Below are positions 1 to 9,824 of a stretch of DNA of 64,000 bases, one piece after another. The stretch's first letter is position 1, and every line of letters begins with the position of its first letter. The stretch lies in contig CALDHM010000022.1 in the NCBI GenBank assembly GCA_937941455.1, positions 76,335 through 140,334 of the forward strand, in the 5' to 3' direction. The translations under genes were made by a program, and so were the position numbers. Origin of the DNA: an uncultured Pirellulaceae bacterium (lineage in GTDB: Bacteria; Planctomycetota; Planctomycetia; Pirellulales; Pirellulaceae). The notes beneath the pieces are model-generated. The model did not search any database. It was not told the origin of the DNA and was given only the letters and a program-made list of their open reading frames with translations.

Positions 1-849
1 GACAATCTCCCTTCAGAATGGCAAGCAGTCTTTAATGATTTCGAAGAGCTCACGGGTTGGCAACTCGGATTCTGCGAATCCCCGATCAGCAACCAACTCC
101 GCGCGAGCCAAGGGCTATCCCAGAGTTGTGCTGACGGAATCATATACATCGAAGACTTATCGGAATCGGTCGGGCCCGCCAAACGAGCGATCGATCGAAC
201 CGCATCGGAACGATTGGCTCAGTCGTTGACTGCGTTGTTGCATCGTTATGCTGTCACCTGCCGTGCGGTGCATGAAGATGTTGAAATGCAAGCCTCTGGA
301 CCCACAAGAGCCGCGACGGATGATCGACGATCGCGGCGTGAATCGATCGACAGGATCGCTACATGGCTGACCATCTTGGTCGACTATTTCGACTACCAAT
401 CCGCCGCGATTGGATTGCTCGAACATGATGAGCGAGTCCTGCGTTTCGCGCACTGCATCGGACCACACTTTGCCCAATGTCGAGGACAGCGTCGAACCTT
501 GGCCGCAGCGATTGGAGATCGTCAAGCCTTAGAAGGAGTTTCGCTAGTACTGCAGCGAAAATCGGAACTGGAAGCGTGGCAAGCCCCAGTTCCCTGCCAA
601 TCCGCGGTTTGTTTGCCGCTGCTCACGCATGGTCGCCGCCAAGGCACCTTGTGGCTGGTTTCTGACCGGCGGCGGCGGCTCGCATCCGCCGATCAAACGA
701 TTCTCGAATTGATGGCCGAGAGAATCGCAATCGAGATCGAGGCAACTTTGGCCGCGGCCACACATCCGCAGGATCGGGGCCCGCGACCCGTATTCCCCGA
801 TCTCTCATCACCGCCACCCCATGATATGATGGGCTGTGGCAGTTGGTAA
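1..849 (+). CDS. GAF-domain-like sensory protein, 5'-truncated by the window edge
   Basis: Frame 1 is open from base 1 to the stop at 847-849, so the listed 214..849 ORF is only its tail. The C-terminal part (LPLLTHGRRQGTLWLVSD...ADQTILELMAERIAIEIE) looks like the end of a GAF domain. Confidence 0.5.
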   Translation, partial: DNLPSEWQAVFNDFEELTGWQLGFCESPISNQLRASQGLSQSCADGIIYIEDLSESVGPAKRAIDRTASERLAQSLTALLHRYAVTCRAVHEDVEMQASGPTRAATDDRRSRRESIDRIATWLTILVDYFDYQSAAIGLLEHDERVLRFAHCIGPHFAQCRGQRRTLAAAIGDRQALEGVSLVLQRKSELEAWQAPVPCQSAVCLPLLTHGRRQGTLWLVSDRRRRLASADQTILELMAERIAIEIEATLAAATHPQDRGPRPVFPDLSSPPPHDMMGCGSW

Positions 850-970
850 AACCAAGCAGCCGATAGGTGCGCGTAGTCGTGATTTCATCCAAGTGAGCAA
901 CACTCTGAGACCGCAAAATGGTCGGCTCGGTCGGAAGAAATCGTCATGGAGCCTATCTCAGAATTCACTC

Positions 971-1016
971 AAACCCAACCCTTTCCCTCCGCAAGGGAAA
1001 AGGGAGTTGGGTTTTG
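971..1016 (+). terminator. Long imperfect hairpin followed by a short T-run
   Basis: AAACCCAACCCTTTCCCT / loop CCGCA / AGGGAAAAGGGAGTTGGGTTTT, about 120 nt downstream of the GAF-protein stop. Confidence 0.4.
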
Positions 1017-1084
1017 GCTAAGGCTATTCATTGGATGTCGTCGCTGGAGTTTCGCTCTGTTTATTCAATAGCGGTCAAGCACTC

Positions 1085-1696
1085 ATGAGTCCGGACTATC
1101 GCGAAATTTACAACCAGGTCTTGGCCACCAACGACAACTACCATCGAGCGGAAAATTCGCCGGGCTTTTTGAATTGCGTCCGCCATCTGGACCAACTGAA
1201 ATTACTCCACGGTCGCGCCTTGGATGTCGGTTGCGGGGTTGGCTTCGTTTGCCAATTGTTATCGCGTCGACCATGCCGCTTTGATGTCTACGGCGTTGAC
1301 GTGGCTGATGAGGCCATCGCACAAACGCGACAGCGGCTGGCTCATCTGCCCGATCCTCACGGCATACGCGTCCAGCGTATCGACGGGTGTCGTTTGCCAT
1401 ATCCTGACGAACACTTCCATTTGATCACGTGCTTTGATGTCCTCGAACACCTGGACGAAGCGGACATCGACATCTTGATCGGAGAAATTCAACGTGTGAT
1501 GCGGCGCGGCGGACTCTGGTTCGGCTCTGTCTCGTGCCGCTTGTCCGGATCGCTGGATCTTTACGGAGCCAATTTGCATCGCACCGTTCGCAACCCCGAG
1601 TGGTGGCTCAATCGTCTGGAACCCGACGAGGCGAAGTTCGAGCGTCATGACGGGCAATTGACCTTCTGGCGGAAATCTCGCGCCAATGAAGGATGA
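1085..1696 (+). CDS. Class I SAM-dependent methyltransferase
   Basis: SAM-binding motif I (ALDVGCGVGF) and a post-motif (CFDVLEHL). ATG at 1085; the ORF-track start at 1031 is a TTG extension. Confidence 0.8.
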   Translation: MSPDYREIYNQVLATNDNYHRAENSPGFLNCVRHLDQLKLLHGRALDVGCGVGFVCQLLSRRPCRFDVYGVDVADEAIAQTRQRLAHLPDPHGIRVQRIDGCRLPYPDEHFHLITCFDVLEHLDEADIDILIGEIQRVMRRGGLWFGSVSCRLSGSLDLYGANLHRTVRNPEWWLNRLEPDEAKFERHDGQLTFWRKSRANEG

Positions 1697-2264
1697 TTTC
1701 ATAGGGCGCTGGCCTCCCAAATCCGAAAGGGATTAACCCCTCGCCCTCGCTCCAGCGACGGGCCGGAAAGCAAGCACTGATTTCAGAACGATTGCCTGGA
1801 CCGAAGATTCCCCGGCTGCTTGACGACAGAAAAACAGATGTGGAACACCTGTTTATGGTAGGTGGCGAAGAGGGATTCACCGAAGAGCTTGTTTAACAAC
1901 TGCCGGTATTCAACGGTTTTCGATTGTGTCGCGGATGACGCTGGGTTTGACAGAGGTTTGAGGACGATCAACAATAACGAGGAGATGTTACCTCGAGCGA
2001 CGTGGATGAGAAAATCTGGCGAAGCGACGCCAGGCAATCGATCTGCGGACCATGCGTAGCCAGTGAATTCGTCGAGACCGCATGGAGTTCGATGTCGGCG
2101 ATTTGGCTGGGATTGGTTTTTGAAATAGCGGTCAGGCGACAGCGGCTACGAACGAAGGCAATAGTCGTTCCTTGCTTTCGGCGTGTATTCTCGATGATCT
2201 TAAAAATTGCTGCCGAAACTTCGCAAAGTAGAGGACGACTATTTCAACAAACTATTCAATAGCG

Positions 2265-2747
2265 ATGAGCAACAACCAAGAGATCGAGGAAATTGTCAGT
2301 GCAGCGACCCACGAAGTCGCGTGCAATCCGAACCCCGGGGCAGCGCAAGTTCGAAATGTGCTGGTTCGATATGGCTTCGCTTTTATTGGGCTGTTTTTTG
2401 TCGGACTGGGTGCCATCGGAGTATTTGTACCCGGAATTCCGACCACGGGACCGCTGCTGTTGGCATCCTTTTTCTTCACGAAAAGTTGCCCGTATCTTGA
2501 AAACAAGCTCATCCGCAATCGATTCTTTGGGGCCTACCTGAAATATTTGGACGGAACGGAACCCTTGCCTCGAGCTGCAAAAGTGTCGGCGATCGGGATG
2601 ATGTGGCTGAGCATCGTGATTAGCTCGATCGCGTTATGCTTGTTGCCAACGCCAGCCTATTGGACGGTCGGCGTTTGCATCTTGCTAGGTCTCGTGGGGA
2701 CATGGTTCATTTGGAATTTTCGCAACGAGCGTCGCTCGGCGAAGTAA
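2265..2747 (+). CDS. DUF454 (YbaN-like) inner-membrane protein
   Basis: GIPTTGPLLLASFFFTKSCP motif typical of YbaN/DUF454. About four hydrophobic helices in 160 aa. Confidence 0.7.
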   Translation: MSNNQEIEEIVSAATHEVACNPNPGAAQVRNVLVRYGFAFIGLFFVGLGAIGVFVPGIPTTGPLLLASFFFTKSCPYLENKLIRNRFFGAYLKYLDGTEPLPRAAKVSAIGMMWLSIVISSIALCLLPTPAYWTVGVCILLGLVGTWFIWNFRNERRSAK

Positions 2748-2786
2748 CGTGGCGGTGACTTGGGCAGGCCGCCGAGCAAGCGAGGT

Positions 2787-4190
2787 CTAAGCGGTATTTT
2801 GGTCCGATTTTCGTTTGAGTGTCGTGCGGTGGATTCCCAAACGGCGCGAAGCCTCAGACATATTGCCTTGCACCGACGCCAAGACCTCGTCGAACAGCGT
2901 TGGCTCGATCGTATCGAGCAAAGATTTATAGAGATCGGTAGGATTTTCCTCCGCCTCGAGTTGCCTGCGGCACCAATCGCGAACGCTTTGTCTCAGCTTG
3001 TCGTCAACAGTTCTCGCTGACGCTACGCTTGGAAAATTGTCCAACGGCTGCGGAAGATGCTCCGGGGCGATGATTTGGCCACGCGATACGATGAACGCGT
3101 GCTCGATGGCATTCCTGAGTTCCCGGATATTTCCATGCCAAGGCCTCCGTTTTAATGCTTCGATCGCGGCTGGGCTGATGCGGGGAGTACTGTGCCGACT
3201 CTTTGAAAAATCTTCGAGAAAATGAAGGGCTAAGGACTCGACGTCGTCTAACCGTTCGCGCAACGGTGGAAGGACGATTTCAAAACAGGCGATGCGATAG
3301 TACAGATCGGCTCGAAACGAGCCGCTTTCGATTGCGGCGAGCAAATTCTGATGAGTCGCCGAGATCAGCCGAAAGTCGCACGGCACGGGGTGGTCGGCAC
3401 CGACCGGCCAAACTTCTTTTTGTTCAATGGCCCTCAGCAATTTAACTTGGATATCGGGCTGTGCTTCACCGATTTCATCGAGGAACAGGGTCCCGCCGTG
3501 AGCGAGTTGAAGCAGGCCGGGTCGGCTGTCGTTCGCACCGGTGAACGCTCCGCGAACGTGCCCGAACAATTCGCTAGCAATCAAATCGGGAGCGAAAGCG
3601 GCCACATTGACAGCCACAAATGGCCCGGTCGCTCGCTCGCTAAATCGATGGATGGCTCGTGCGGCTAGTTCCTTGCCCGTACCGCTTTCGCCGCGGAGCA
3701 ATACGCCGGCATTCGAGTTGGCGGCCAACGCGATCTTGGCGTACACCTGCTGCATGGCCGCGGATTGACCGACGAATCCTTCAACCGCCTGGGCTGCTGT
3801 TGCAACGTCCACCGAATCAGCCGACTCGCGACGCATCGTGATTGCCCGCTCGAGTACGCGCGAAATCGTAGCAACGTCGAAGGGTTTGACAACGTAATCC
3901 ACGGCACCTTCACGCACCGCTTTGACTGCGATTTCCAAATCACCGAAGGCGGTGATCACGATGAATCTCGCGTTCGGCCATTTCCGCCGCAACCGCGGCA
4001 TCGCGGCGATCCCGTCGAGCCCGGGCAGTCTGACATCGAGAATGATAACATCCGGCGAAGACACTGGGTCGATGGCGAACGCCTCTTCGGCAGAACTCGC
4101 AACAATTGGCGCAGCGCCTAGTTGTTGGACTACTTGACTTAAACCCCAACTAATCGCCTCTTCATCGTCGATGATTAGAACCGTGGTCAT
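2787..4190 (-). CDS. Sigma-54-dependent response regulator (NtrC family enhancer-binding protein)
   Basis: Receiver domain (LIIDDE...ILDVRLPGLDG), AAA+ sigma-54 interaction domain (GESGTGKELAARAIH, ...ELFGH..GAFTGA), and a C-terminal Fis-type HTH (NMSEASRRLGIHRTTLKRK). ATG at 4190 is preferred over the TTG at 4220. Confidence 0.9.
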   Translation of the reverse strand: MTTVLIIDDEEAISWGLSQVVQQLGAAPIVASSAEEAFAIDPVSSPDVIILDVRLPGLDGIAAMPRLRRKWPNARFIVITAFGDLEIAVKAVREGAVDYVVKPFDVATISRVLERAITMRRESADSVDVATAAQAVEGFVGQSAAMQQVYAKIALAANSNAGVLLRGESGTGKELAARAIHRFSERATGPFVAVNVAAFAPDLIASELFGHVRGAFTGANDSRPGLLQLAHGGTLFLDEIGEAQPDIQVKLLRAIEQKEVWPVGADHPVPCDFRLISATHQNLLAAIESGSFRADLYYRIACFEIVLPPLRERLDDVESLALHFLEDFSKSRHSTPRISPAAIEALKRRPWHGNIRELRNAIEHAFIVSRGQIIAPEHLPQPLDNFPSVASARTVDDKLRQSVRDWCRRQLEAEENPTDLYKSLLDTIEPTLFDEVLASVQGNMSEASRRLGIHRTTLKRKSDQNTA

Positions 4191-4291
4191 TTGGTGATCT
4201 GAAAGCTTGAGTTTGCTCAAAAAACGAGTATTATCGAGCTCGACATGCCATAATTCCTATCGAACCCAGTGTCGCCAAACAGTGGGGACTA

Positions 4292-5704
4292 TCAATCATT
4301 TCCCGTAACCTCGCTCGGCCGATCCACGGCGGCTAGGGGCAGCTGCACGGTCACGCAAGTTTCGTTTCCGTCCCGATCAAGCGAAATTTTACCGAGATGT
4401 TCCCGGACGATCAGCCTGCAGATACTCAAGCCCAGTCCGATTCCCTCGGGTCGCGCGGTCACGAAGGGCTCAAAGATCGAATCCAGCAACTCCGCAGGAG
4501 GTCCTGGACCATTATCGCAAATCCGAAGTTGAGCAACTCTCGAGTGCTGCGCTAACGCCACGCTGACAACCCGCTGTCGCGAGCCCGATTTAATCTGGCT
4601 GATCGCCTCGATGGCATTGAGCAGCAAATTGATCAGCAATTCTCGCAATCGCTCGGGATCTCCCCGCACCTCGATAGCCTGTCCAGGGATGGTGGATGTC
4701 AGAGTTGCGTTGGCATGGGAGACATGCGGTTCAATCAGCAAGAGGACTTCAGAAACAATCGAAACCAAGTCGACTTGCCGCGGGGCAGATCTGCTGGGCT
4801 TGCTCAGGGCGAGCAAATTATTGATGTATGTTTCCATCAGTTGTAATTGACGCTTGGCAACCGCCACACTGCGGGACTCGGCAGCATCGCCAGTTGCTGG
4901 GGGAATCAAATCGATCGCCAAAAGGGCCCCCGTGGTGTAATTCCGCAATTGATGCGCCATTCCACTGGCCAATAAATTGAGGGTTCTAAATCGCTCGGCC
5001 TCCTCGATTTGCTTTCTAGCCGTGGCCAGATGGGTGGACATTTCATTGAATTGATCGGTCAAAATGCGGATCTCGTCGTGGACTGCGGGAACGGGCATGA
5101 CGGTGAAATCGCCAGCGGCAACCTTTTGGCATTGCTCCGCCAGTTTTTTCAAACGACCCACGATCCGCTGAGTGACCAACGTGATCGACACCGTAGTTAC
5201 GATCCCCGCGAGGAGGCACGCGATTACGATCGGCCAAAAGCCCAACCAGCGCTCTCGGTCAATCTCGTCGGCATCGTAGAATAAATGGACTGCCGCCGCT
5301 TCGGCGTTAGCGTGGTGACGAATTTCTGTGGAGACCCAGTAATAGACCTTGTCCCCCACTCGAAATTTCGGGCGTTGTCGAATGGACGTGGCGATTTGGG
5401 TCGCGGAGTTGACTGTCGGGGGCACATCGGGCAGGGATTCTTCGCTGTAGGCTAACTTCGCTCCTCCTGGCGATATAACGAGTAGATCGACGCCGCTAAG
5501 TTTTTTCAATTGCCGGCAGACCGAGGAATTCAACGGAAAGCGTCCATCGCGGATCGTTTCCAAAACTTGAGAAATACGCGCCTCGATCGCTCGCTCGCGA
5601 ATTTGGGCTGAGCGCAGGGAAAGCCACACGCCCAGCCCCAGCAGCGAGCAAAACGTCGCGGCAGCGACTGGAATCAACAATTGATTGCGAACGTTCCAGT
5701 GCAT
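4292..5704 (-). CDS. Sensor histidine kinase (two TM helices, extracytoplasmic sensor, HAMP, HisKA, HATPase)
   Basis: Two hydrophobic helices flank a sensor domain of about 120 aa. HAMP-like GDFTV...DEIRILTDQFNEM, H-box SGMAHQLRN, N/G boxes NLLLNAIEA and DNGPG..GLGLSI. It lies directly upstream of the response regulator on the same strand. Confidence 0.85.
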   Translation of the reverse strand: MHWNVRNQLLIPVAAATFCSLLGLGVWLSLRSAQIRERAIEARISQVLETIRDGRFPLNSSVCRQLKKLSGVDLLVISPGGAKLAYSEESLPDVPPTVNSATQIATSIRQRPKFRVGDKVYYWVSTEIRHHANAEAAAVHLFYDADEIDRERWLGFWPIVIACLLAGIVTTVSITLVTQRIVGRLKKLAEQCQKVAAGDFTVMPVPAVHDEIRILTDQFNEMSTHLATARKQIEEAERFRTLNLLASGMAHQLRNYTTGALLAIDLIPPATGDAAESRSVAVAKRQLQLMETYINNLLALSKPSRSAPRQVDLVSIVSEVLLLIEPHVSHANATLTSTIPGQAIEVRGDPERLRELLINLLLNAIEAISQIKSGSRQRVVSVALAQHSRVAQLRICDNGPGPPAELLDSIFEPFVTARPEGIGLGLSICRLIVREHLGKISLDRDGNETCVTVQLPLAAVDRPSEVTGND

Positions 5705-6117
5705 TGCAATGCGAAAAAAAGAAGCGTCAAACGATGATTCCTTTGATTCTAGAGGATGCTAGGCATCGCAAGCCGAATCTTACTCAGAAATCAAGCAGAA
5801 AGGGCTACGAAGGTTGAACTTCGGCAGCTGCGAGTGGCTCAGCGGGTGGGTCCGTTGTCCGTTGGCGGCGTTCGAAGCGTGGACAAAGCCCCGGCCACGG
5901 ACGGTGGCTGACGGTCCTGATTCGATCCCGGCCGTCTGGTGGTGATGCGGCGCTGATTGTGACAGTCGCTTTTTAGGCTTTTCGCAAGAGGCAATGTCGT
6001 ATGCTGCGACAGGTCTGTCGATCGGCGCGACAACACCGAAGTTCATTGTCGACTGCTTGTCAGCGTAGTTGAAATCTTTTGCGATTTCGACGGTATTAAG
6101 GGACTGTTGCCAGAATT

Positions 6118-6133
6118 TGGTATTGTTTTTGCA
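6118..6133 (+). promoter_or_regulatory. Candidate sigma-54 -24/-12 promoter (TGGTAT-N5-TTGCA)
   Basis: TTGGTATTGTTTTTGCA has the GG and GC dinucleotides at the exact consensus spacing of YTGGCACGrNNNTTGCW. It sits about 90 nt upstream of the DUF1559 ATG at 6222 and next to a sigma-54 activator gene. Confidence 0.55.
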
Positions 6134-6221
6134 AATCATGGTCCATGTGTAGAGCCACCATTCAGGCTACTGAAGTTGGTTTTCTGGAATCGAGGACGCT
6201 TGACGAAAGCACGAGGTAACG

Positions 6222-7247
6222 ATGAGAAAAGATGTGCGGCGTGGCTTCACGCTGATCGAATTGTTAGTGGTGATTGCGATTATTGGGATTCTCATGGGCT
6301 TGCTCCTGCCGGCAGTACAAGCGGTTCGGGAGGCCGCGCGACGAACTCAATGCTTGAATAACCTGCGGCAATTGGCTCTGGCCGTTCACAATTACGAATC
6401 AGCGAGGCGGCACTTCCCTCCTTCAGCGGAATTCGCCGGTTACGGACCGATCAACACGAATAGCTCATGGTCGATTCATGGGCGCCTCTTGCCGTATTTG
6501 GAGCAAAACAACGTCTACGATAATGTCAATTTGAATGTGGCTTGGGATGATCAGGTCGCCATCAGCGGATTAAAAATTCCGATCTATTCTTGCCCGAGCG
6601 ATCCACATGCCGACACACCCCGAGATGTGAGCCCAAAACTGGCAAGTCCCCTTTTTCCGACGACTTATGGTTTCAACTTCGGCACCTGGCTGATTTTCGA
6701 TCCTGTCCAAAATCGCATTGGCGATGGAATGTTTGGACCCAATGCGCGAATAAAAATGCGCGACGTCCTAGATGGCACGAGCCAGACTCTGCTGGCTGCT
6801 GACGTGAAAGCACGCCAACCGTACGGTCGCAATGTGCCGGTTGTGGGGAGCACCAACCCTCCACTGCCCGATCCTGCAGATGTCGCCTCGCGAGTCCCGG
6901 CGTCCTTCACCTGGTGTCGGCCGAATGGCCACACCGAATGGCCCGACGGCCGCGTGCATCATCAAGGCTTCACGACGACGATGGGTCCTAACCAAAAACT
7001 ACTCTTGGCCAGCAATTCGGATCAAGTTGTTGCGGGAACGGATATCGACTACACCTCGCAGCAGGAGGGATCAAGCGGCACCGTAGCAACCTATGCGATC
7101 ATCACCTCACGGAGCTACCATCCGGGCGTCGTCAACGTTGTCATGGTGGACGGCTCGACTCGGTCCGTGCCAAACACGATTGAACTCGCGGTTTGGCGGG
7201 CTATCGGGACCCGCGCAAGTCGAGAAATCCATCAGCTGGCGGACTAG
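6222..7247 (+). CDS. DUF1559 protein with prepilin-type N-terminal cleavage/methylation segment
   Basis: N-terminus RRGFTLIELLVVIAIIGILMGLLLPAVQAVREAARRTQCLNNLRQL is the canonical planctomycete DUF1559 / pseudopilin-like signature. The C-terminal SYHPGVVNVVMVDGSTR is the H-X9-DG-type end motif. Confidence 0.9.
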   Translation: MRKDVRRGFTLIELLVVIAIIGILMGLLLPAVQAVREAARRTQCLNNLRQLALAVHNYESARRHFPPSAEFAGYGPINTNSSWSIHGRLLPYLEQNNVYDNVNLNVAWDDQVAISGLKIPIYSCPSDPHADTPRDVSPKLASPLFPTTYGFNFGTWLIFDPVQNRIGDGMFGPNARIKMRDVLDGTSQTLLAADVKARQPYGRNVPVVGSTNPPLPDPADVASRVPASFTWCRPNGHTEWPDGRVHHQGFTTTMGPNQKLLLASNSDQVVAGTDIDYTSQQEGSSGTVATYAIITSRSYHPGVVNVVMVDGSTRSVPNTIELAVWRAIGTRASREIHQLAD

Positions 7248-7352
7248 TCGAGCGCTGTGCCGTCTTGGTAACGATTTCCAGCTTGCAACGCCTCTTGAGA
7301 GGAGTCACAATAAAGGAGTTGAGACTCTTGTCCTCTCGGGAGAAGTAACGCG

Positions 7353-9824
7353 TTGTTGCACTTGCGCCGTACTCCGTCGGTCTCCGAGGCTGAAAAAGCT
7401 GCCCGCTCATCCATTCGGGTCGAACGCAATACCAGAATTTGGTTTCACATTTGCGTCAAGGTTTTAGTGGTGGCCGCGTGCCTGTTCTTTCCCGCTGTTG
7501 CGCGATGCGCAGCACTCGTTGTAACTCTGCGGCAGGACGCTGCCAATGTTCGAATGGAGCCATCGGCAAGCGACAGTGATGACCGCGGCAAAGTCCTTTA
7601 TCTCGAGCGTTGTGCGGTCTGCCACGGCGTTGATGGTCGTGGCACCGAGCGGCATGACGAACCGCTGGCGGGGAGTTGGACCCTGTCCGATTTGATCAGC
7701 TACATCGACGAGACGATGCCGGAGGATAATCCGCAGGCGTGCCGAGGTGCCGACGCTCGCGACGTGGCACGGTACCTATTCGAAACGTTTTACTCCGTGC
7801 AGGCGAAACCGACGGCGGGGGGCAACGAACTAGCCCGCTTGACCGTCCGCCAATTTCGAGAATCGGTAGCCGATCTGAGTTTGCTTTTCGCAAACCAGCC
7901 GTGGCGCTCCGAGGAATCTGGCTTGAAAGGCTACTACTTTGCGGCGAGAAATTGGACCGAAAACCGCAAATTGTCCGAGCAGATCGACTCTCGTTTGGAT
8001 TTTGCCAAGGGAGTCCCCCATTTTGATCCGACCGGTGAGTATCCGGCGCTGCCGAAACCCGAAAAGCCTCCCGAGAATCGGATGAACGAAGGATTTTCGG
8101 TTTACTGGTCCGGTTCGTTGCTGGCAGCGCAAACCGGCGTCCATGAAATCATTGTTCGTTCAAAAAATGGTTTTCGAATCTGGCTCAACGGCAACTCTGA
8201 GCCTTTGATCGACCGCAAGGTTCGTTCCGATGACGTCGAAGAGCACCGAGCGCAAATCTTTTTGTTAGCCGGCAGGGCCTATCCGCTGAAGATCGAATTT
8301 TTTTCCTATCCCGATCCGCCGGCACGAATCACTTTGTCTTGGCGGCCACCTGAGGGAGTCGAGGAAATTATTCCCGAGTTCCACACCGTGCCCCATGTTA
8401 TGTCCGAATCGCTGGCGATCGCGACCACGTTTCCGCCTGACGACGCTAGTTGGGGATTTGAACGGGGAACGGCGGTGTCACGCGAGTGGCAGGAGGCGGT
8501 CGTTGCAGCCGGGATTGACGCCGCCGATTGGTTTGCCGATCGTCTCTGGGCCATGGCGCACACCCGCGACGTTGCGGAAGATCGAGCCGCAAAAGTACAA
8601 ACGTTTTGCCGCCAGTTTGTGGAATTCGCATTCTGCCGGAAATTGAACGAAGAGGAAGTCGCTTTTTTTGTGACTCAACACTTCGGCGAAGGCTTGTCGC
8701 TCAAGGATTCAACGCGGCGCGTTATATTGCTGACGCTAACGTCGCCGCGTTTTTTGTTTCCGACGATCGAAAGAAGGAACAGTAATTTTGAAATTGCTCG
8801 TCGCTTGGCGCTGTTGCTATGGGACTCGGTCCCCGACCGGCAATTGTTCGAACTGGCCGATCAAGGAAAACTCGACGATTCGGCAGTGGCTGTGAACGAA
8901 ATTTATCGCATGCTCGACCATCCGCGCGGTCGATCGAAATTGCGATCCGCGTTGGCAGCATTGTTGAACCTGGACAAGCCGCGCGATTGGTCTCGCGATC
9001 CGCAGAGGTTTGCTGGCTTCACCACTGCGATTGTTGTCGACCTGCGCCGTAGTCTCGAAAGGCAGGTCGACGAAATCGTCTGGAGCGAATCATCGGATTT
9101 TCGTCGATTTTTTGGCGAGACCACGATTTTTGCCAACGCTCGATTGGCCGACTACTACGGGCTCGTGCGTCAGGTGGACCCGGCAGTCGGCCCCGAAGAG
9201 TTCGTACCGATCAACGCTGCCGATCGGTATCACGGAGGGTTGCTGACCCATCCGTATACCCTGGCCCGGCTTGCCTACTTTCGAGATAGTTCGCCCATCC
9301 ATCGCGGCGTGTTCGTTGCCCGGAATTTACTCGGAAGAACTCTACGACCTCCGTCGGAAAATTTCGAGCCCTTGTCGGAAGACTTCGCGCCGCACATGAC
9401 AAATCGACAACGCGTTGAGCATCAAACAGCCGATCATCAATGCATGAAATGCCATCAAGTGATCAATCCGCTGGGCTTCAGTTTAGAAAATTACGATGCC
9501 GTGGGCCGATACCGTTCGGAAGACCAGGGGCGACCGATCGATGCCTCCGCGATCTATCGGACGGAAGATGGAAACGAAATCTCCCTGGCTAATGCTGGAG
9601 ACCTCGCTAAATTCGTGATGAGCGAAAGTACGGCTCAACGAAGTTTTATTCGCCATTTGTTTCGAGAATTAACTCGCACGCCCATCGAGAGTTTCGAAGG
9701 CGATTTGCTCGGCGAATTGCAGGCGAGCTTCGTGGAAAACGAGTATCATATTCGGGAGTTGGTGGTCGACATCGCCAAACGACAGATCCAGGATATCCAC
9801 GCGAGGAACACTCATGCTGACTAG
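7353..9824 (+). CDS. Large secreted dihaem protein of the DUF1592/DUF1595/DUF1588 (PSD-type) family with a PA14-like insert
   Basis: CxxCH at 7611-7625 (CAVCH) and at 9441-9455 (CMKCH). A GLKGYYF...YPLKIEFF segment resembles PA14. The family normally pairs with DUF1552, as it does here. The start codon is uncertain because the signal-like helix begins about 35 codons in. Confidence 0.8.
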   Translation: MLHLRRTPSVSEAEKAARSSIRVERNTRIWFHICVKVLVVAACLFFPAVARCAALVVTLRQDAANVRMEPSASDSDDRGKVLYLERCAVCHGVDGRGTERHDEPLAGSWTLSDLISYIDETMPEDNPQACRGADARDVARYLFETFYSVQAKPTAGGNELARLTVRQFRESVADLSLLFANQPWRSEESGLKGYYFAARNWTENRKLSEQIDSRLDFAKGVPHFDPTGEYPALPKPEKPPENRMNEGFSVYWSGSLLAAQTGVHEIIVRSKNGFRIWLNGNSEPLIDRKVRSDDVEEHRAQIFLLAGRAYPLKIEFFSYPDPPARITLSWRPPEGVEEIIPEFHTVPHVMSESLAIATTFPPDDASWGFERGTAVSREWQEAVVAAGIDAADWFADRLWAMAHTRDVAEDRAAKVQTFCRQFVEFAFCRKLNEEEVAFFVTQHFGEGLSLKDSTRRVILLTLTSPRFLFPTIERRNSNFEIARRLALLLWDSVPDRQLFELADQGKLDDSAVAVNEIYRMLDHPRGRSKLRSALAALLNLDKPRDWSRDPQRFAGFTTAIVVDLRRSLERQVDEIVWSESSDFRRFFGETTIFANARLADYYGLVRQVDPAVGPEEFVPINAADRYHGGLLTHPYTLARLAYFRDSSPIHRGVFVARNLLGRTLRPPSENFEPLSEDFAPHMTNRQRVEHQTADHQCMKCHQVINPLGFSLENYDAVGRYRSEDQGRPIDASAIYRTEDGNEISLANAGDLAKFVMSESTAQRSFIRHLFRELTRTPIESFEGDLLGELQASFVENEYHIRELVVDIAKRQIQDIHARNTHAD

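Noticed and set aside
1697-2264. This 570-bp stretch has no called gene, so I checked it for a decayed gene or an RNA.
   Set aside because: Manual translation of the minus strand gave only an ORF of about 110 codons at most, bounded upstream by a stop codon and with no motifs. I saw only a trivial 5-bp hairpin. Nothing here is supportable without a search.
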